Positions 12,200-26,760 of a stretch of DNA of 44,402 nucleotides are shown in pieces (within the stretch, counting starts at the first letter, position 1; the number at the start of each line of letters is the position of its first letter). Location of the stretch: contig JBOZIK010000001.1 in NCBI GenBank assembly GCA_051453625.1, positions 14,681,907-14,726,308 on the forward strand. The letters run 5' to 3'. The notes beneath the pieces are model-generated. The model had not been told where the DNA came from, did no database searches, and saw nothing but the letters and a program-made list of their open reading frames with translations. Source of the DNA: Welwitschia mirabilis. Lineage: Eukaryota. The translations under genes and the position numbers were made by a program.

Positions 12200-13560
12200 T
12201 ACTCAATAACTCTTCTAGTGAGCTAGATATTCTAGAAATATGTCAATGCATGCATGTCCTCTAAATTTGTCATGATGTTTTGTTAGGATATGTATGTAGC
12301 ACTTAGAATAAAAAGTATGAAAAATGGTATAATTTGAATTGAATTCATATTAATTTTTAACCAAAAACATTTCCTTTTTAACATAGTGACCAATATGATT
12401 ATTAAGATGTACTACTGTGTTCATTGATTTATCCCAAAGATAGGTCTTACAACCACTTACATCATGAAATATGCGATATTCATGATAGTGTGATTAAGTC
12501 ATCTAGCAATGTCATCTTATTTGAGTATTCCTAGATAGGTATTTAAATGTAAAATTTCTTTAAAATTAAAAAGGTCCTTAAACTCAAAAGATGTATACTT
12601 GCCATCATTACTAAAGTGGAAACATTTAATTTGGTAGTTGTTTTTTTTCTACTTTAGTTTTAAACTTCTTGAAAATATCCAAAGTTTGTGATTTAGATTT
12701 GATGCAATACAGTCAAGTCATTCATGAATAATCATCAATAAAGGATANNNNNNNNNNNNNNNNNNNNNNNNNNNNNNNNNNNNNNNNNNNNNNNNNNNNN
12801 NNNNNNNNNNNNNNNNNNNNNNNNNNNNNNNNNNNNNNNNNNNNNNNAACTCTTCTAGTGAGCTAGATATTCCAGAAATATACCAATGCATGCATGTCCT
12901 CTAAATTTGTCATGATGTTTTGTTAGGATATGCATGTAGCACTTGGAATAAAAAGTATGAAAAATGGTATAATTTGAATTGAATTCATATCAATTTTTAG
13001 CCAAAAACATTTTCTTTTTAACATAGTAACCAATATGATTATTGAGATGTACTATTGTGTCCATTGCTTTATCCTAAAGATAGGTCTTACAACCACTTAC
13101 ATCATGAAATATGCAATATTCATGATAATGTGATTAAGTCATCTAGTAATGTCATCTTATTGGAGTATTCCTAGATAGGTATTTAAATGTAAAATTTCTT
13201 TAAAAGTAAAAATGTCCTTAACTCAAAAGATGTATACTTGCCATCATTACTAAAGTGGAAACATTTAATTTTGTAGTTTGTTTTTTTCCTATTTTAGTTT
13301 TAATCTTCTTGAAAATATCCAAAGTCTATGATTTAGATTTGATGTAATACATCCAAGTTATTCATGAATAATCATCAATAAAGGATATGAAGTAATAAAG
13401 GCCTTAGAGTATGGAAAGTAGCATAAGTTCATATAGATTAATATGTAGAAGAAAAATTCTTCAATTGGTATACCATTTACTTAGTGAAATTTATTATCTA
13501 GTTACTTTACCCTTAATACATGTTTCATAATGAAGAAAATCTCACAGGATGGACAAAAGA
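12200..13560 (-). pseudogene. Ty1/copia integrase, degenerate (partly duplicated across the gap at 12748-12847)
   Basis: Minus strand: YETCIKGKVTR, LLHINLY, GLYYFISFIDDYS (cf. GKRYFISFIDDYSR), KCFHFSNDGKYTSFEFKD (cf. KCLRSDNGGEYTS.EF). Confidence 0.85.
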
Positions 13561-16500
13561 AGCCAATGGTTATTCTCACACATTATATTCATTATAAGAA
13601 AAGTAGGATCTCCTAGTTGAGTATGTCACACTAGTAAGAAAGAAAGCTCTTCTTATGAAATTATCTAAGTTATCTCTCATATTCTATCAAAACTATGAAG
13701 AGAAGTGAGCTTTTCATTCATGTAGTCTTTCATAATGAATTGGTGATTATTATCATAATTATCCACCAATTACTTTATCATATAAATAGAATGATCTTTT
13801 TGTAAGAGAGTTAAGAGCAATAGAAAATGCAATCTCAAAGAAGACACATATAGAACATGTAAAATGGTCTATGAAGAGAGTGATGGTAAGTCAAGGATAA
13901 TTGAATCATAAACGTCCATAAGTGACAGTGTTCTATCTATCAAAGAAACATGACTTGGTACTTGACGAAGTCCTTAAAATAATCACATCAATATTTTATA
14001 TCTTGCATTATTTCTATGTTAAGAATCCATGTTTCATTCTAAGGTACATGCTTGCTCATACCAATAAAGTCAACATTTTCAAAAACAACATTAAATTTAA
14101 AATTATTAGCATTATTAAAAAAAATTAAATTCTTTAGTAACTACATTTTCCTTAGGTGTAGACTTTATCTTCTCTTAAGATATCATATATAAGTCAGTGG
14201 TATGCTTATTTTCTGCATTTGAGTAATTATATGTCTTCTTCCTAAAATTCATAGTATTTTAAACTTGCTTTTTATTTTTTTGAGTTTAGTTGGGATTCTT
14301 ATTCTGATTTTTTTGTGAATCCTTACTTTTATCATAATGTAAACTTTATGGATATAATTTGCTATTAAACTATATATCTTAATAAGTAGGATTATATGAA
14401 TAAGAAACTTTGAACGTAGCATTAGAGAAAGAAGATCCTATGAAGTTAAACTGAGATTCAGCAAAACTAGTATTCTTATTAAGCATATCAAAAATCATAT
14501 TATTCAACTACTTACTATCATGTGATGACATAATATAGCCATAAAAAAAGGAGTCTTTCAAATAATAGTAGATCAAGTTGATACAATAAATGTAAACTTA
14601 TTTTTTTAAGTTAATATCTATTACTTTTTCCTTGATGTCTTACATCTGTGTAATAAGTTATATCATCTTGCTCCTTTTATAACATAAACTATTCATGTGA
14701 GTTAGAAGATTAAGAAAATCTAGATCATTATTTGAGTATAATGTATCATATAAGGTATAAAAATTAGTATAGCTTATTTTGGTTTGATCAACTAACTTCT
14801 TGTGTTGATAGATGATTAGTTTTAACATAATCTCTATCCATTTGGAATCGATATCTTATCAAGTAGTTTTTTCAACCTCATTCTAAATAGTTATATAGTC
14901 ATGTGCTAAAAAATCCTTCTCATAACCATAAATGTACATGGTTAATATAAAATTATTATTCCCATCCTTTCATTACTAATCATCTTCAAGAGTAACTCTA
15001 ATGTTGGCCATGATTCCATTAGTAAGTATAAGTATGAATAACTCTAACAACTACTAAAATTGTCCTTTAAAGAGTATGATGAAGATGCCATGGAGGAAAT
15101 AAGATGAAAATCAAAAGATAGTTGAAAAGCTATGAGGTAAATTCATGACTTAAAGGGATTTTCTTACATTCATAATACAAAGTAATTTATTTATCACATA
15201 AAGAAATCTTATCAAACCCCATAATGGGTAAGAGAGATAAAGACAAAGAAATGATATACTCATAATAAAATGGATTTTTTTCTCATCCACAATTTCAAGT
15301 GATCTATCCAAATTACAATCTAATTAAAGAAAAGAGACAAAGTGTTATGATGGAGAGGTATGATAATAGAAAAAGAGGATTAAGCCCATAAAATAAAGTG
15401 ATCTATTCAAACCACAAATTATGACAACTAAAAAATTCCCCTAACAAGAGAGAACCTACATGCATGAGAAATAAACCAAATTTATTTTATTAAAATTTCT
15501 TAATATCAGTGAGGTAACTTTTAAAAAAGGAGATCTAAATTAGTTATTAAGTGATTAAAATACTAAAATTGGTTAATTTTAAAGTTTTCTTTCAAATCCT
15601 ATTATTTACCACATTTATTTCAAGTGGATTACCCTTGTCTCTAAAAAAAGTAAAGAAACAAATGTGAAGCATATTAGTAGGGCTTCTAAGTTGTTTACCA
15701 CTTTTAATTATCTCAGTTATGTAACCAACTTAAGGGGGAGTACCATGTAATGTTGGTAACCTAATTATATCTTAAATTTGGTAAAGTTTAAAATTATATT
15801 AAATCTATATCTTTTGGTAACCAATAAAGTAAAACCTACCACTATGTCTCTAGACTTTACCTAATATACCCTTAAATATCAAGGCATACATGGGAATCAA
15901 AACCTCAAGATGTCTATCCCTATGGCTCAAAATTTATAATTATAATAGTTAGGACTATACAATAAGCTTTAGAATAAAGTTTAAATCCCAACACAGATCT
16001 ATGTTTAACTAAGACTCCTTATTCCTACCACTGATCAAAACTTATGGCTAGTAAAAATTATTTAAGAATTTATAATAAAAAGTGATTTTTATTTTTAAAG
16101 TTTTAATTATAATTAAACTTAAAATTAATGTATGATAAAAGCAAAGGAAATTAAGAGAGAGGTACACCAAAATATAAGAAAAAGATAAAAGCATGGAATT
16201 TGATATAGTTAAGTAAAGTAAGTCTTGCTTAACATTTCTATTCAATATGATCTATCTAAATTAGAGGAAAACCTGAGTTATCATAGAGAAAAATCAAGTT
16301 TAATGGATCTTAATCACATTCCAAGTTAACTTGATGAGAGATATTTAGCTTATAAAACTTGAAAATGTCAAAATCACAAGAGAAAACTTTAAACAAGAAA
16401 AGAGAGTTAAAAGAACTAAGAAAAAAAGCTTAAAAGATTAAATTAAAAGATCTTATTTAACATTCCAACTTGATTCGATAACAAAAGGTGAGTCTTAGAT

Positions 16501-17399
16501 TTACAATTTTGAAAAGATGCCTAAGAGATTTAAATAAAGCTAAAAAACTCAAAAAAAGAAAAAGAAGAAATGCACAAAACTATGCATGTGCATGAAATAG
16601 GGGCAAAAGCTAGATAATTACTAGCTAAACTATAAGCATGTAAGAGAGGGCCAAATCATAGTCCAAAAATGCATATGCACAAGCCTAACAAGACATGGTC
16701 GTAGAGAAGCAATAAATTTATATGTGCACTCAAAAATATGAATAAAAATCCTAAAATTATTAAATGCACATATGCCTCAAACTTTAAAAAATTTAACAAA
16801 TTTTAAAATTCCATCTTAAAAATATAATATCTAGCTTATAAAACTATTTTGTTATTTGGTTTATTTTTGAAAGCTTGAATCTTTTCACTTAAAATATAGA
16901 ATTAAGCTTGGTGAAATAGTGATGGTGCCTTTGCAAGCAATAAAAATAAAAAATCACATGATTAATATTCAAACATATTCCACAAATCAATAGTCAAAAC
17001 ATGGAAGATAAAGCATAAATCAAGTTGCTACTTCCATGGCATTCTCCTCCACAGCATCTTTGCACTCATAAAGAAGGATGTAAGGTGAATGAAATGGGAG
17101 AAAAACTATAAAAAAAAAAATAAATTTTTGAAATTAATTAGATTCAATCATATTTTGATTCTTTTCTTCCTAATATTAGAAATTTCTATGTCTAGAACTT
17201 TGATAAGGAAGTGGCAATTGTTCTTTAATAATTCACCATATTCATCTAAGTGATAGACTATAGTAGCAATTTTTTCATCTCATATAGAAACAAAAATAAA
17301 ATGTTAGATTCAAATTAAAAAAGACATTTGTAAATGATCATGAGGCAGAGAAAATAAGGAGGCTAAAGTAAAGATAAATGTGACAAGAAAATTGGTGAT

Positions 17400-18915
17400 A
17401 GGATATTACAATGAAACACAAGTGATTTTGTGGGATTTTAATAATCTTGCTAAGATAATAATTAAAATATTAGGTTTAAATTTAGTAAATCTAATGTAGC
17501 ATTAATTGTTAGTATAGGTTTAGATTTAGTGTAAATCTCATATGTATGTCATGTAAACAAAAGCCAGTAGCTAGACATCAAAGCCTATGGTTGATTCATA
17601 ATATTAAAATGGACCTATGTCATACCCTATGTTTTTTAGACATTAATTACTTGGATATGAGACATGTTAATATATTAATTCTTCTTCTTTAAATGCCTCC
17701 TCAAAATAAGATGGTATTTTAAGTATTTAAACTTAGTTTTTATCATTTTCATAATTTAACATAAAAATAGTAATAATTATTTTGTGAACATTTTTATGAG
17801 AGAATCAATTCATAATTTAAACTATCCAAATATTAAAAATAAATAACCTCATTATATAATAAATTTAAATAACATGGTAAAACTAATAAATTAAAATTTC
17901 AAGAGGATGTAATAATACATTTTACATCTTGTTCATTTAAATTCTTAGTAAACATGATAGATATGTTATATTATGAATAGACATCTTCTTCTTTATGGTG
18001 TTTTATTAATATATCCCATGTCCTCTTCTTCTTTGTGGTGTGTTATTAATAGATTCTAGGTATTATGAAATAAATGATCATGTGAATAAGTACATGTAAT
18101 CTTACCTAAAACCAAGAATGATAAATGAGTAGGTTTACTTCACGATAAAATTTATCTTCTTGAGATGTATAATAGCAGTTAATTTACAATATATTTATTG
18201 TTTTATTTATTTAAGTTAAAAAGTATTATCTCATTATATCAGATGATAGCTTTAAAATTTATGTATTTATGACATATTAATTATTTTATGCATTAGACTT
18301 AAAGATTTTATTACATTATGTCACATGACAATTTTGAGATTTATGCATTTATTTTTAGATGCATGACTTGAATTAATTAAAATNNNNNNNNNNNNNNNNN
18401 NNNNNNNNNNNNNNNNNNNNNNNNNNNNNNNNNNNNNNNNNNNNNNNNNNNNNNNNNNNNNNNNNNNNNNNNNNNNNNNNNNNGTATTATGAAATAACTA
18501 ATCATGTGAATAAGTACATGTAATCTTACCTAAAACTAAGAATGATAAATGAGTAGATTTACTTCACCATGAATTTTATCTTCTTGAGATGTGTAATAGC
18601 ACTTAATTTACAACATATTTATTTTTTTATTTATTTGAGTTAAAAGGTACTCTCTCATTATATCAGATGATAACTTTAAAATTTATGCATTTATAACATA
18701 TTAATTATTTTATGCATTGGACTCAAAGAGTTTATTACATTATGTCACATGACAATTTTGCGATTTGTGCATTTATTCTTTAGATGCATGACTTGAATTA
18801 ATTAAAATGCTTATGATTCTATGAATGATTAAGAATAAGCTATCATGAGGAAATTATACATGTAATTAATCTTACTCATTAAGATAAAAAATTACTCATC
18901 CTAGTTAGGTACATA
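17400..18915 (+). mobile_element. Possible Tekay/Del-type LTR fragment
   Basis: Two ~40-bp tandem subrepeats at ~17983-18055 and cttactcattaag...ttactcatcc at ~18870-18901, a motif typical of Del/Tekay LTRs; no termini identified. Confidence 0.25.
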
Positions 18916-18929
18916 AGTCATAAGTATTA

Positions 18930-20329
18930 TGTTTAAAGATCATTAAACTTAAAGGGAAGGGGTGAATGAGTTTGATCAAATGAAATATAATAAGTGAATA
19001 AACAAAATTTACAAAGAATATTGTACCAATTATGTGGTTTTATGACATGAGTATGTTGACACATAGAGGATAGATTTTTTACATACCTCTAGATATCCTT
19101 AACCTACAAAATAGTGGTTTTAGAGCATCACTAATCTTACAATTAATTGAGATGCTCCTCATAATTAATCACTCTCTTCTTCTTAGGAACTACAACAAAT
19201 CTATATTCAATAGTTATCTCAAGTACAAAACCAATTATAGTAGTAATACATATAAAGGTTATCTTATACCTTGTAATCCCAAAGCAATGGATTCTAGAAA
19301 AGATATACAAAAGCTTATGGACTAGAATATAAGCAATTGAATAATCAAATAGTCCTACAATGAAGTATTAAATCTATCAAAGAAAGAATTAAGAAGCCTA
19401 ATATGATGTTATAATGATAGCTTGAGTTCTCCTTAATGTAGTCACTCACAAAGATTGAGTATCAAAGTTGTAGGTATGGAAGTACTAGAGATCATATAAT
19501 GTCTTTCCTGATGGAGCCTTTTTTTATTAAATCCAATATATTTTAGCTTGTATAGTTGTAATCATTCATGTGAGTAAACCTCAAATCTTCATTCTTTGTG
19601 CCTTTTATACTTATAAGGTATTCTTAGCCTTTTCCTTTAATGATATAACTACCTAAATTATTTTGAATGTATTCTAATAATTATAAATAAATAGATTTAG
19701 TTATTTAATGGTCATTTTATTTTGTAACAATTTTTTGGAATAGATGTCTTGGCTATCATAGATGTTTCTCATACATAGACATCTTTAATTTCAAAGACAT
19801 CTTTAGTTGACTTACCTATATTTCAACAAGATTCAAAATACTATGTCTCTAATCTTTAAACATCAATAATTTATTATGAAAAATTTATCTAGATCCATGG
19901 ATAATAAATAATTCATCTTTATTATTCTTTTAACATAATTGTATTTTGTCATCTATTTCAGTTTAGCATAGACCTTTTCACACTATAAAATGTCTTTCAT
20001 TAGTTCATTTAGTATTGATGTATTTACTAAGGTAGAGGTCTTTTGCCTATTTAAGCTTCATATTTAGTGTAAATGTATTTGTTCCTATAGACATCTTTGA
20101 ATAGACATCTTTAACATTATAGATATCTCTAGTCAACTTTGTCTAATCTTATGAATTCTGAGCTAAATATTCTATAATCTTTAGCTTTGTTTTCTAACCT
20201 ATTAATTAACTTAGACATTAAATTTGGCTAGATGGTAATTCTTATTTGTAATTTGAGTAACTTAGCAATCTAAAAGATGTCTTTGATACCCTGTCTGCAC
20301 ATTAATCACATTGTATTTAAGAAGCAACA
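18930..20329 (-). mobile_element. Probable Sirevirus-type solo LTR
   Basis: TG...CAACA ends; aagggaaggggtgaat at ~18952 is the reverse of the ATTCACCCCCC terminus also seen at 41805-41818; reverse TATA gccttttata at ~19600; cluster of AGAY-RTCT motifs at 19740-20285; no PBS, PPT or clean TSD. Confidence 0.55.
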
Positions 20330-23265
20330 TTACTAAAATTGAGATTTTTTCAATAATGTCTTTTTTGGTATATAAAATTAAGTTATTACTAATTCCACAT
20401 ATCAATGATAAATCATGTAATTCTATGATTTTAAACTATGTGCCTTTTTTTTAATAATATGCAGATATCATTTTCTCTTTTGCAATAAAAGGAGATACTT
20501 CTCCTTTTTCATGCAAGTGCATTCCTTTCTTTCACCTATATTCCCATTATCTTGCTTATGTATATTAGAACTTAGAAGCTTGAAGCTAATGATTCTTGAG
20601 CTTAGAACTTCGTCAATCTTTATCTATCAAGGAATTACTAATCTTTTCAAGTAAGCACCTTTACTCAAGTTATTCCTATGATCTCTTTTAAGATTATAGT
20701 AGAGTGATGAAAATATTATATTAAAGAATTATTTATAGTTATCATAGCATTATGTTATAAAAAATGTATTTCCCTGCATTGGCTCTCACCAAGATACTAA
20801 GGAGAAATGAGGAGTCTATACTTGGTGATAAACGTTACGATTGGATGAGTTTAGCCAAGTCTCTAAGGGGTTCACTATATAAATTTGTGTATCCATGTTT
20901 GTTTTTATTAATAAACATATTTAATATTGTATTTTTCATTAATTATAAATTATATCAATCTTATTAGGGGTAAAAAATCTAATGCTCAAAGTCTCTTTTA
21001 GGATAACACTTCTTCATGATAATCCCAAGGCTTATTTTAAATGCCTTTGTGCATTGCTTTTTCTTTTCTATATTAATTTGAATTAGTAATATTCAGCTGA
21101 GGCATCTATTTTAGCTAGTATATTCATTATTTACTTGTAGAATTGTTACCATGTTTGTATAGCAGAAGTTAAAGTTTCAGAATTGAAGAATAGGTTATGT
21201 ATACTATACCTCATAAAATAGCAAATATAAATTAGTGAAATTTTTTTTGTAAGTCTAAGATTATGTTATGTTTATAAAAATTTGAAAATAGTAATTTTTT
21301 AATATCTAATAATTTTTAAGAAACTTATCCATAAAAATGGATAAGAAGATAAAATAAAAAATATTCAGTAATTAATTTTAGTTTTTGTAACTAATAATTA
21401 AGATATTTTAAATACTGAGTATTCTACATTGTAGATAATTAAATAATATTTTCAAAAAATATTAAATCACATAAAATCTCAATGTAATTTGAAAGTCATG
21501 ATTATTTTAGTGTAGTATGGTAGAGCTATAATTTTGAAAAATTTAACAATTTTTAACCTTAAATCATGATCTTAAAAATAATACTTTTAGAATTCACAAA
21601 TAGCTTAAGTTAGTTTGTAAATCTAATTGTCACTATATTTTATGAAAACTAATATAATTTATTTTTTCTTTATAATTAATGAATTATTAGGTTTTGATTA
21701 TGATGTATCCTTAAGCCCAAAAACTTTATAATTAATGTTATAAATTATAATAATTATTAAATAAAATTACACAGGTAATTTAAGTATATAATATATGTTA
21801 TTATGATAACCTTAAGTTACATTTTTTGATCATAATATTTTATTAGGAAAAATTCTTATTCTTCCTTACTTTGAATATGCATGATTATAAAGGCTTTAAC
21901 CTTAGTATTTTAAATAACACATATACTCTTTAATTTATTATTTATTTTCTTTAGTTATGCTATATTTGCATGAGTCTTAAATAAAGAATTATGTCTTACT
22001 AGCTATTCTTAAGCTATACTTTCTTTTGTTTATCTTCATTACAAATAAATAAAGTAGATTGTCATAAGCATGGAATAATGCATTTAGGATTGGCATAGCT
22101 CCAGATATGGATTATTTTTCTTTAAGTATATTCTTAAGATGTGGCTTGATACATTTTAGANNNNNNNNNNNNNNNNNNNNNNNNNNNNNNNNNNNNNNNN
22201 NNNNNNNNNNNNNNNNNNNNNNNNNNNNNNNNNNNNNNNNNNNNNNNNNNNNNNNNNNNNTTATTCTTCCTTACTTTGAATATGCATGATTATAAAGGCT
22301 TTCACCTTAGTAGTTTAAATAAGACATATACTCTTTAATTTATTATTTATTTTCTTTAGTTATGCTATATCTACATGAGTTTTAAATAAATAATTATGTC
22401 TTACTAACTATGCTTAAGCTATACTTTCTTTTTTTTATCTTCATTACAAATAAATAGAACAGATTGTCATAAGCATGGAACAATGCTTTTAGGATTGGCA
22501 TAGCTCCAGATATGGATTAGTTTTCTTTAAGTATATTCTTAAGATGTAGCTTGATACATTTTAGATATTATTATTATGATTATAAATAAGAAAAGAATAT
22601 TTTCTTTATTTAGATTTTCATTACTATAATCCTAAGGATAAAGATATTTTAATATGTTTTTTTTGCTCTTTTTATTTGTCTAAAATGAACTCTGTGATGA
22701 TTAGAATTATTATAGTAAAGTAAATAATCCATTAAATATCTATATTATATAGAATTATATGTATGCATTTATGTGTTGTATTCGTTAAATAAAACTAAAT
22801 CAAGATAATTCTAACAATAATCATCCCCATACTTGGACTTCGTCATTGAGGATGGCTGCATTACTTTAACATACAATACCCTTCTAAAAGTGTATTTAAT
22901 TACTAATATCTTATCCTACCCATGTATAAACTTACTCTCACTTAATATCATAAGCCATTGATATCAATGGATCATATTGCACCATCTAAATATGTTTCAA
23001 GGAAGCAAGAGTCACTTGTAAGCATGCATCCATCTTGCATACTGCTTGTCACCTATATTAGAAATATATTGAGGTGAAATGTAAGCCTATGAAATTGATC
23101 CCATCTATGCTTTTATAGTTTAACACCTTAATCAAAATCAACTCACACTTAGAGGATGGCTTGATATCGAGTTGGAATGCCATTAATGGGAGTTGAAACC
23201 TCCTATTTATTGGTTAGGTACTATCCATAAACTTCTTCATGTATATCTTATAATATGTTTTCATC

Positions 23266-23490
23266 CACCACTAGAATTTTAATCTATTTAGGCATTTATT
23301 TTTAATAAAATCTTAAATAAAAGATTTAAAAAAAGATTTTTAAGATTTTTTTATGCAAATGCCTTAATAACAGACTTGGAATTCTTTTCAAGGAATTTAA
23401 AAAAAAAGCCTTAATACTAAGGTATTTCCTGATAAACGCCTTAAAACGATGGCTAATAAAGCATTCATATTTAAATACCTTAGAAGACTA
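23266..23490. mobile_element. CACTA (En/Spm) DNA transposon terminus with subterminal repeats
   Basis: CACCACTAGAA (one change from CACTACTAGAA) followed by about eight direct and inverted copies of AAACGCCTTAA/TTAAGGCGTTT variants (e.g. 23288, 23357, 23406, 23417, 23433, 23473). Other end not found. Confidence 0.55.
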
Positions 23491-23668
23491 CTTTTACTTT
23501 AATAAAAAAAAATTTATTTCATTTCTTTTAATTTTATTTTACACTTCCCTTCTACACTTCATTTTCTTAATTAATAGAAGTGACGGATTCTCTTAATCCT
23601 TTAACTGAATAGATTTACTCAATCCTTCGATTGAATGAAGAACTTTAATAGTAATGTCATCCTACAGA

Positions 23669-23674
<6 letters not shown>

Positions 23675-23711
<37 letters not shown>

Positions 23712-23811
23712 NNNNNNNNNNNNNNNNNNNNNNNNNNNNNNNNNNNNNNNNNNNNNNNNNNNNNNNNNNNNNNNNNNNNNNNNNNNNNNNNNNNNNNNNN
23801 NNNNNNNNNNN

Positions 23812-23875
<64 letters not shown>

Positions 23876-23885
23876 CTCTCTCTCT
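23675..23885. repeat. (CT)n microsatellite spanning a gap
   Basis: Perfect CT dinucleotide runs on both sides of a 100-N gap; source of the LSLSLS ORFs. Confidence 0.95.
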
Positions 23886-26760
23886 TACACTAACATTTTA
23901 TTTCTAAATATCTTAGATTTTTAAAAAAAATTTGAAGGGTAACATCCCTACAACTCTAAATAACTTTACTTTTTTTCATCTTTAGACTTAAACCTTGGAA
24001 GCTATTAAGAAAATAAAATGAAAGAATTCATTTTCATTTAATGAATCATAGAAAAAAATTTGAATTCATGAACATTTCAATCAAAAAAAACTTTAATAAT
24101 TCCAGTTCTGCTAACTAAAACCTTTTCCTACAAAACCTTAAAAACCTAAAGGAAGAGATGGTTTTGATTCTAAAAAAATCAAAGCTTCTACAAGTAAAAT
24201 ATAGTGATTACAAAAGAAAATTTTAAAGAAAGATATGTATATAAATATTTATTTTATTTTTTCTTAATTATTATTTTTTATTATTATTATTATTATTATT
24301 TTAATTTTTTTAAATAGAGAAAGGAATCAATACTACTTATAAAATTTTCCTCCATTTATTACAAAACACCCATGGAATTGAATCACTAATGAACCATCAT
24401 ATATAGAAATATATTAACATAGAACATGGTTTATAAGACCCTTCAATTTCTTATTGCTCTGTTGTAGTTCGTCTCGGTTGATAATCATACTTGATAAAAC
24501 TCCCTAATGCTACAAGGCATCATATAGAATTTTATCCTTTATTTTGACTAAATGAAATCATCCAATCTCATTCACAGAACACATAAAATTTTGATGAAAT
24601 ATTTCAACATGCATACTCTTTCTCTCTTGATGAGGAATACCACATAAGGGGAAAAAAGGTAAAAAAGGATTTATAATGAAAAAATTTATCTAAGGCAAAG
24701 AATGAATCTATGAAATGATTGTAAATGAAGCTTCTTGCTAGGACATAATACCACCTCTTAATAAATTGGAAAAGAAAATAAATAAATAAAAGTTACATCA
24801 TTTTAAGTACTATATCCCCCCCAATTATACAAACTTCGAGTGTTCACATGATTTAAATCTGAGAAAGATATATAAATCACATGTGGCTTTAGCATAGGTG
24901 ATTCTACTATTTCTTTAAGAAAATCTTCTCCTTAATCACTTAGAGCATTTCCTTTAAATGGGCATGCCTTTCCAAGTGATTACTTATGGTTTTCATTTTC
25001 TTAGGACTTTTATTATCACTGTCTGTTTCATCAGCATACTTCCTCCAACTTTTGCTCTAGTTATTTTCTAAAATATCTNNNNNNNNNNNNNNNNNNNNNN
25101 NNNNNNNNNNNNNNNNNNNNNNNNNNNNNNNNNNNNNNNNNNNNNNNNNNNNNNNNNNNNNNNNNNNNNNNNNNNNNNAACTCTATTTTTTTTCATCTTT
25201 AGACTAAAACCTTGGAAGATATCAGAAAAATAAAATGAAATAATTCATAGTCATTTAATGAATCGTAGAAAAAATTTGAATTCATTAACTTTTCAACCAA
25301 AAAAAAATTTAATAATTCCAGTTCTTCTAACTAAAACCTTTTCCTACAAAAACCTTAAAAACCTAAAGGAAGAGATGGTTTTGATTCTAAACAAATCAAG
25401 CTTCTACAAGTAAAATGTAGTGATTATAAAAGAAAATTTCAAAGAAAGATATGTATATAAATATTTATTTTTTATTTATTATTATTATTATTATTAAAAC
25501 TACTTTTAAATAGAGAAAGGAACCAATACTACTTACAAAATTTTCCTCCATTCATTACAAAACACTCATGAAATTGAGTCACAAATGAACCATCATATAT
25601 AGAAATACATTAACATAGAACATGGTTTATAAGACTCTTTAGTTTCTTATTGCTTCGTTGTAGTTCGTCTTAGTTGATAATCATACTTGCTAAAACTCCC
25701 TAATGCTACAAGGCACCATATAGAATTTTATCCTTTATTTTGATTAAATGAATACATCCAATCTCATTCATAGAACACATAAAATTTTGATGAAATATTT
25801 CAACATGCATAATCTTTCTCTCTTGATGAGGAACACCACATAAGGGGCAAAAAAGGTAAAAAAGGATTTACAATAAAAAAATTTATCTAAGTCAAAGAAT
25901 GAATCTATGAAAAGTTATGTCAATTTAAGTACTATATCCCCCCCAATTATGCAAACTTTGAGAGTTCATATAATTTAATTTTGAGAAAGATATATAAATC
26001 ACATGTGACTTCAGCATAGGTGATTCTACTGTATCTTTAAGAAAATCTCCTTTTTAATCACATAGAGCATATTCTTTAAATGGGCATGCCTTTCCAAGTG
26101 ATTATTATGGTCTTCATTTTCTTAGGACTTTCATTATCACTGTTTGTTTCATCAGCATACTTACTCTAACTTTTGTTCTAGTTATTTTCTAAAATATCTT
26201 TGTTAATAGTAACTTCCTTATCATTCTTATCTTTCCCATGCCTTGATCACCCAATGCTAGGATCTCCATTGTAGTTTCTATAGTGATCATATTTTTTGTT
26301 CTCTTCATCATCCTTTGTAAATTTCTTTCGAGACTAAGAACCACTGTGGTATTTACTGCAAGTTCATATGCATTAAATGCACTTNNNNNNNNNNNNNNNN
26401 NNNNNNNNNNNNNNNNNNNNNNNNNNNNNNNNNNNNNNNNNNNNNNNNNNNNNNNNNNNNNNNNNNNNNNNNNNNNNNNNNNNNTTTCTTAGGACTTTTA
26501 TTATCACTGTCTGTTTCATCAGCATACTTCCTCTAACTTTTGTTCTAGTTATTTTCTAAAATATCTTTGTTAATAATGACTTCTTTATCATTCTTATCTT
26601 TTCCATGCCTTGATCACCCAATGCTAGGATCTCCATTATAGTTTCTATAGCGATCATCTTTTTTGTTCTCTTCATCATCCTTTGTAAATTTCTTTCGAGA
26701 CCAGGAACCACTCTGGTATTTACTGCAAGTGCATCTNNNNNNNNNNNNNNNNNNNNNNNN

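Larger units (their letters stand above)
10860..15011 (-). mobile_element. Decayed Ty1/copia element body (gag-protease-integrase-RT)
   Basis: Copia domain order INT before RT on the minus strand; protease-like remnant ~13940-13975; gag-like start near 15011 (KDGNNNF); LTRs and PBS not confidently seen. Confidence 0.75.

Noticed and set aside
15728..15760. PPT-like ttaagggggagt
   Set aside because: Not directly followed by TG and no upstream plus-strand pol; 15.1-17.4 kb looks TE-derived but I cannot assign it.
18925..20334. TSD for the putative solo LTR
   Set aside because: Flanks tatta and ttact do not match, so the boundaries remain tentative.
20764..21200. Short ORF (20764-20967) and an AG...GT-bounded exon-like segment (~21140-21192)
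   Set aside because: No recognisable protein, no neighbouring exons; context looks like LTR debris.
23635..23907. Leu-Ser repeat ORFs
   Set aside because: Translation of a (CT)n microsatellite plus Ns.
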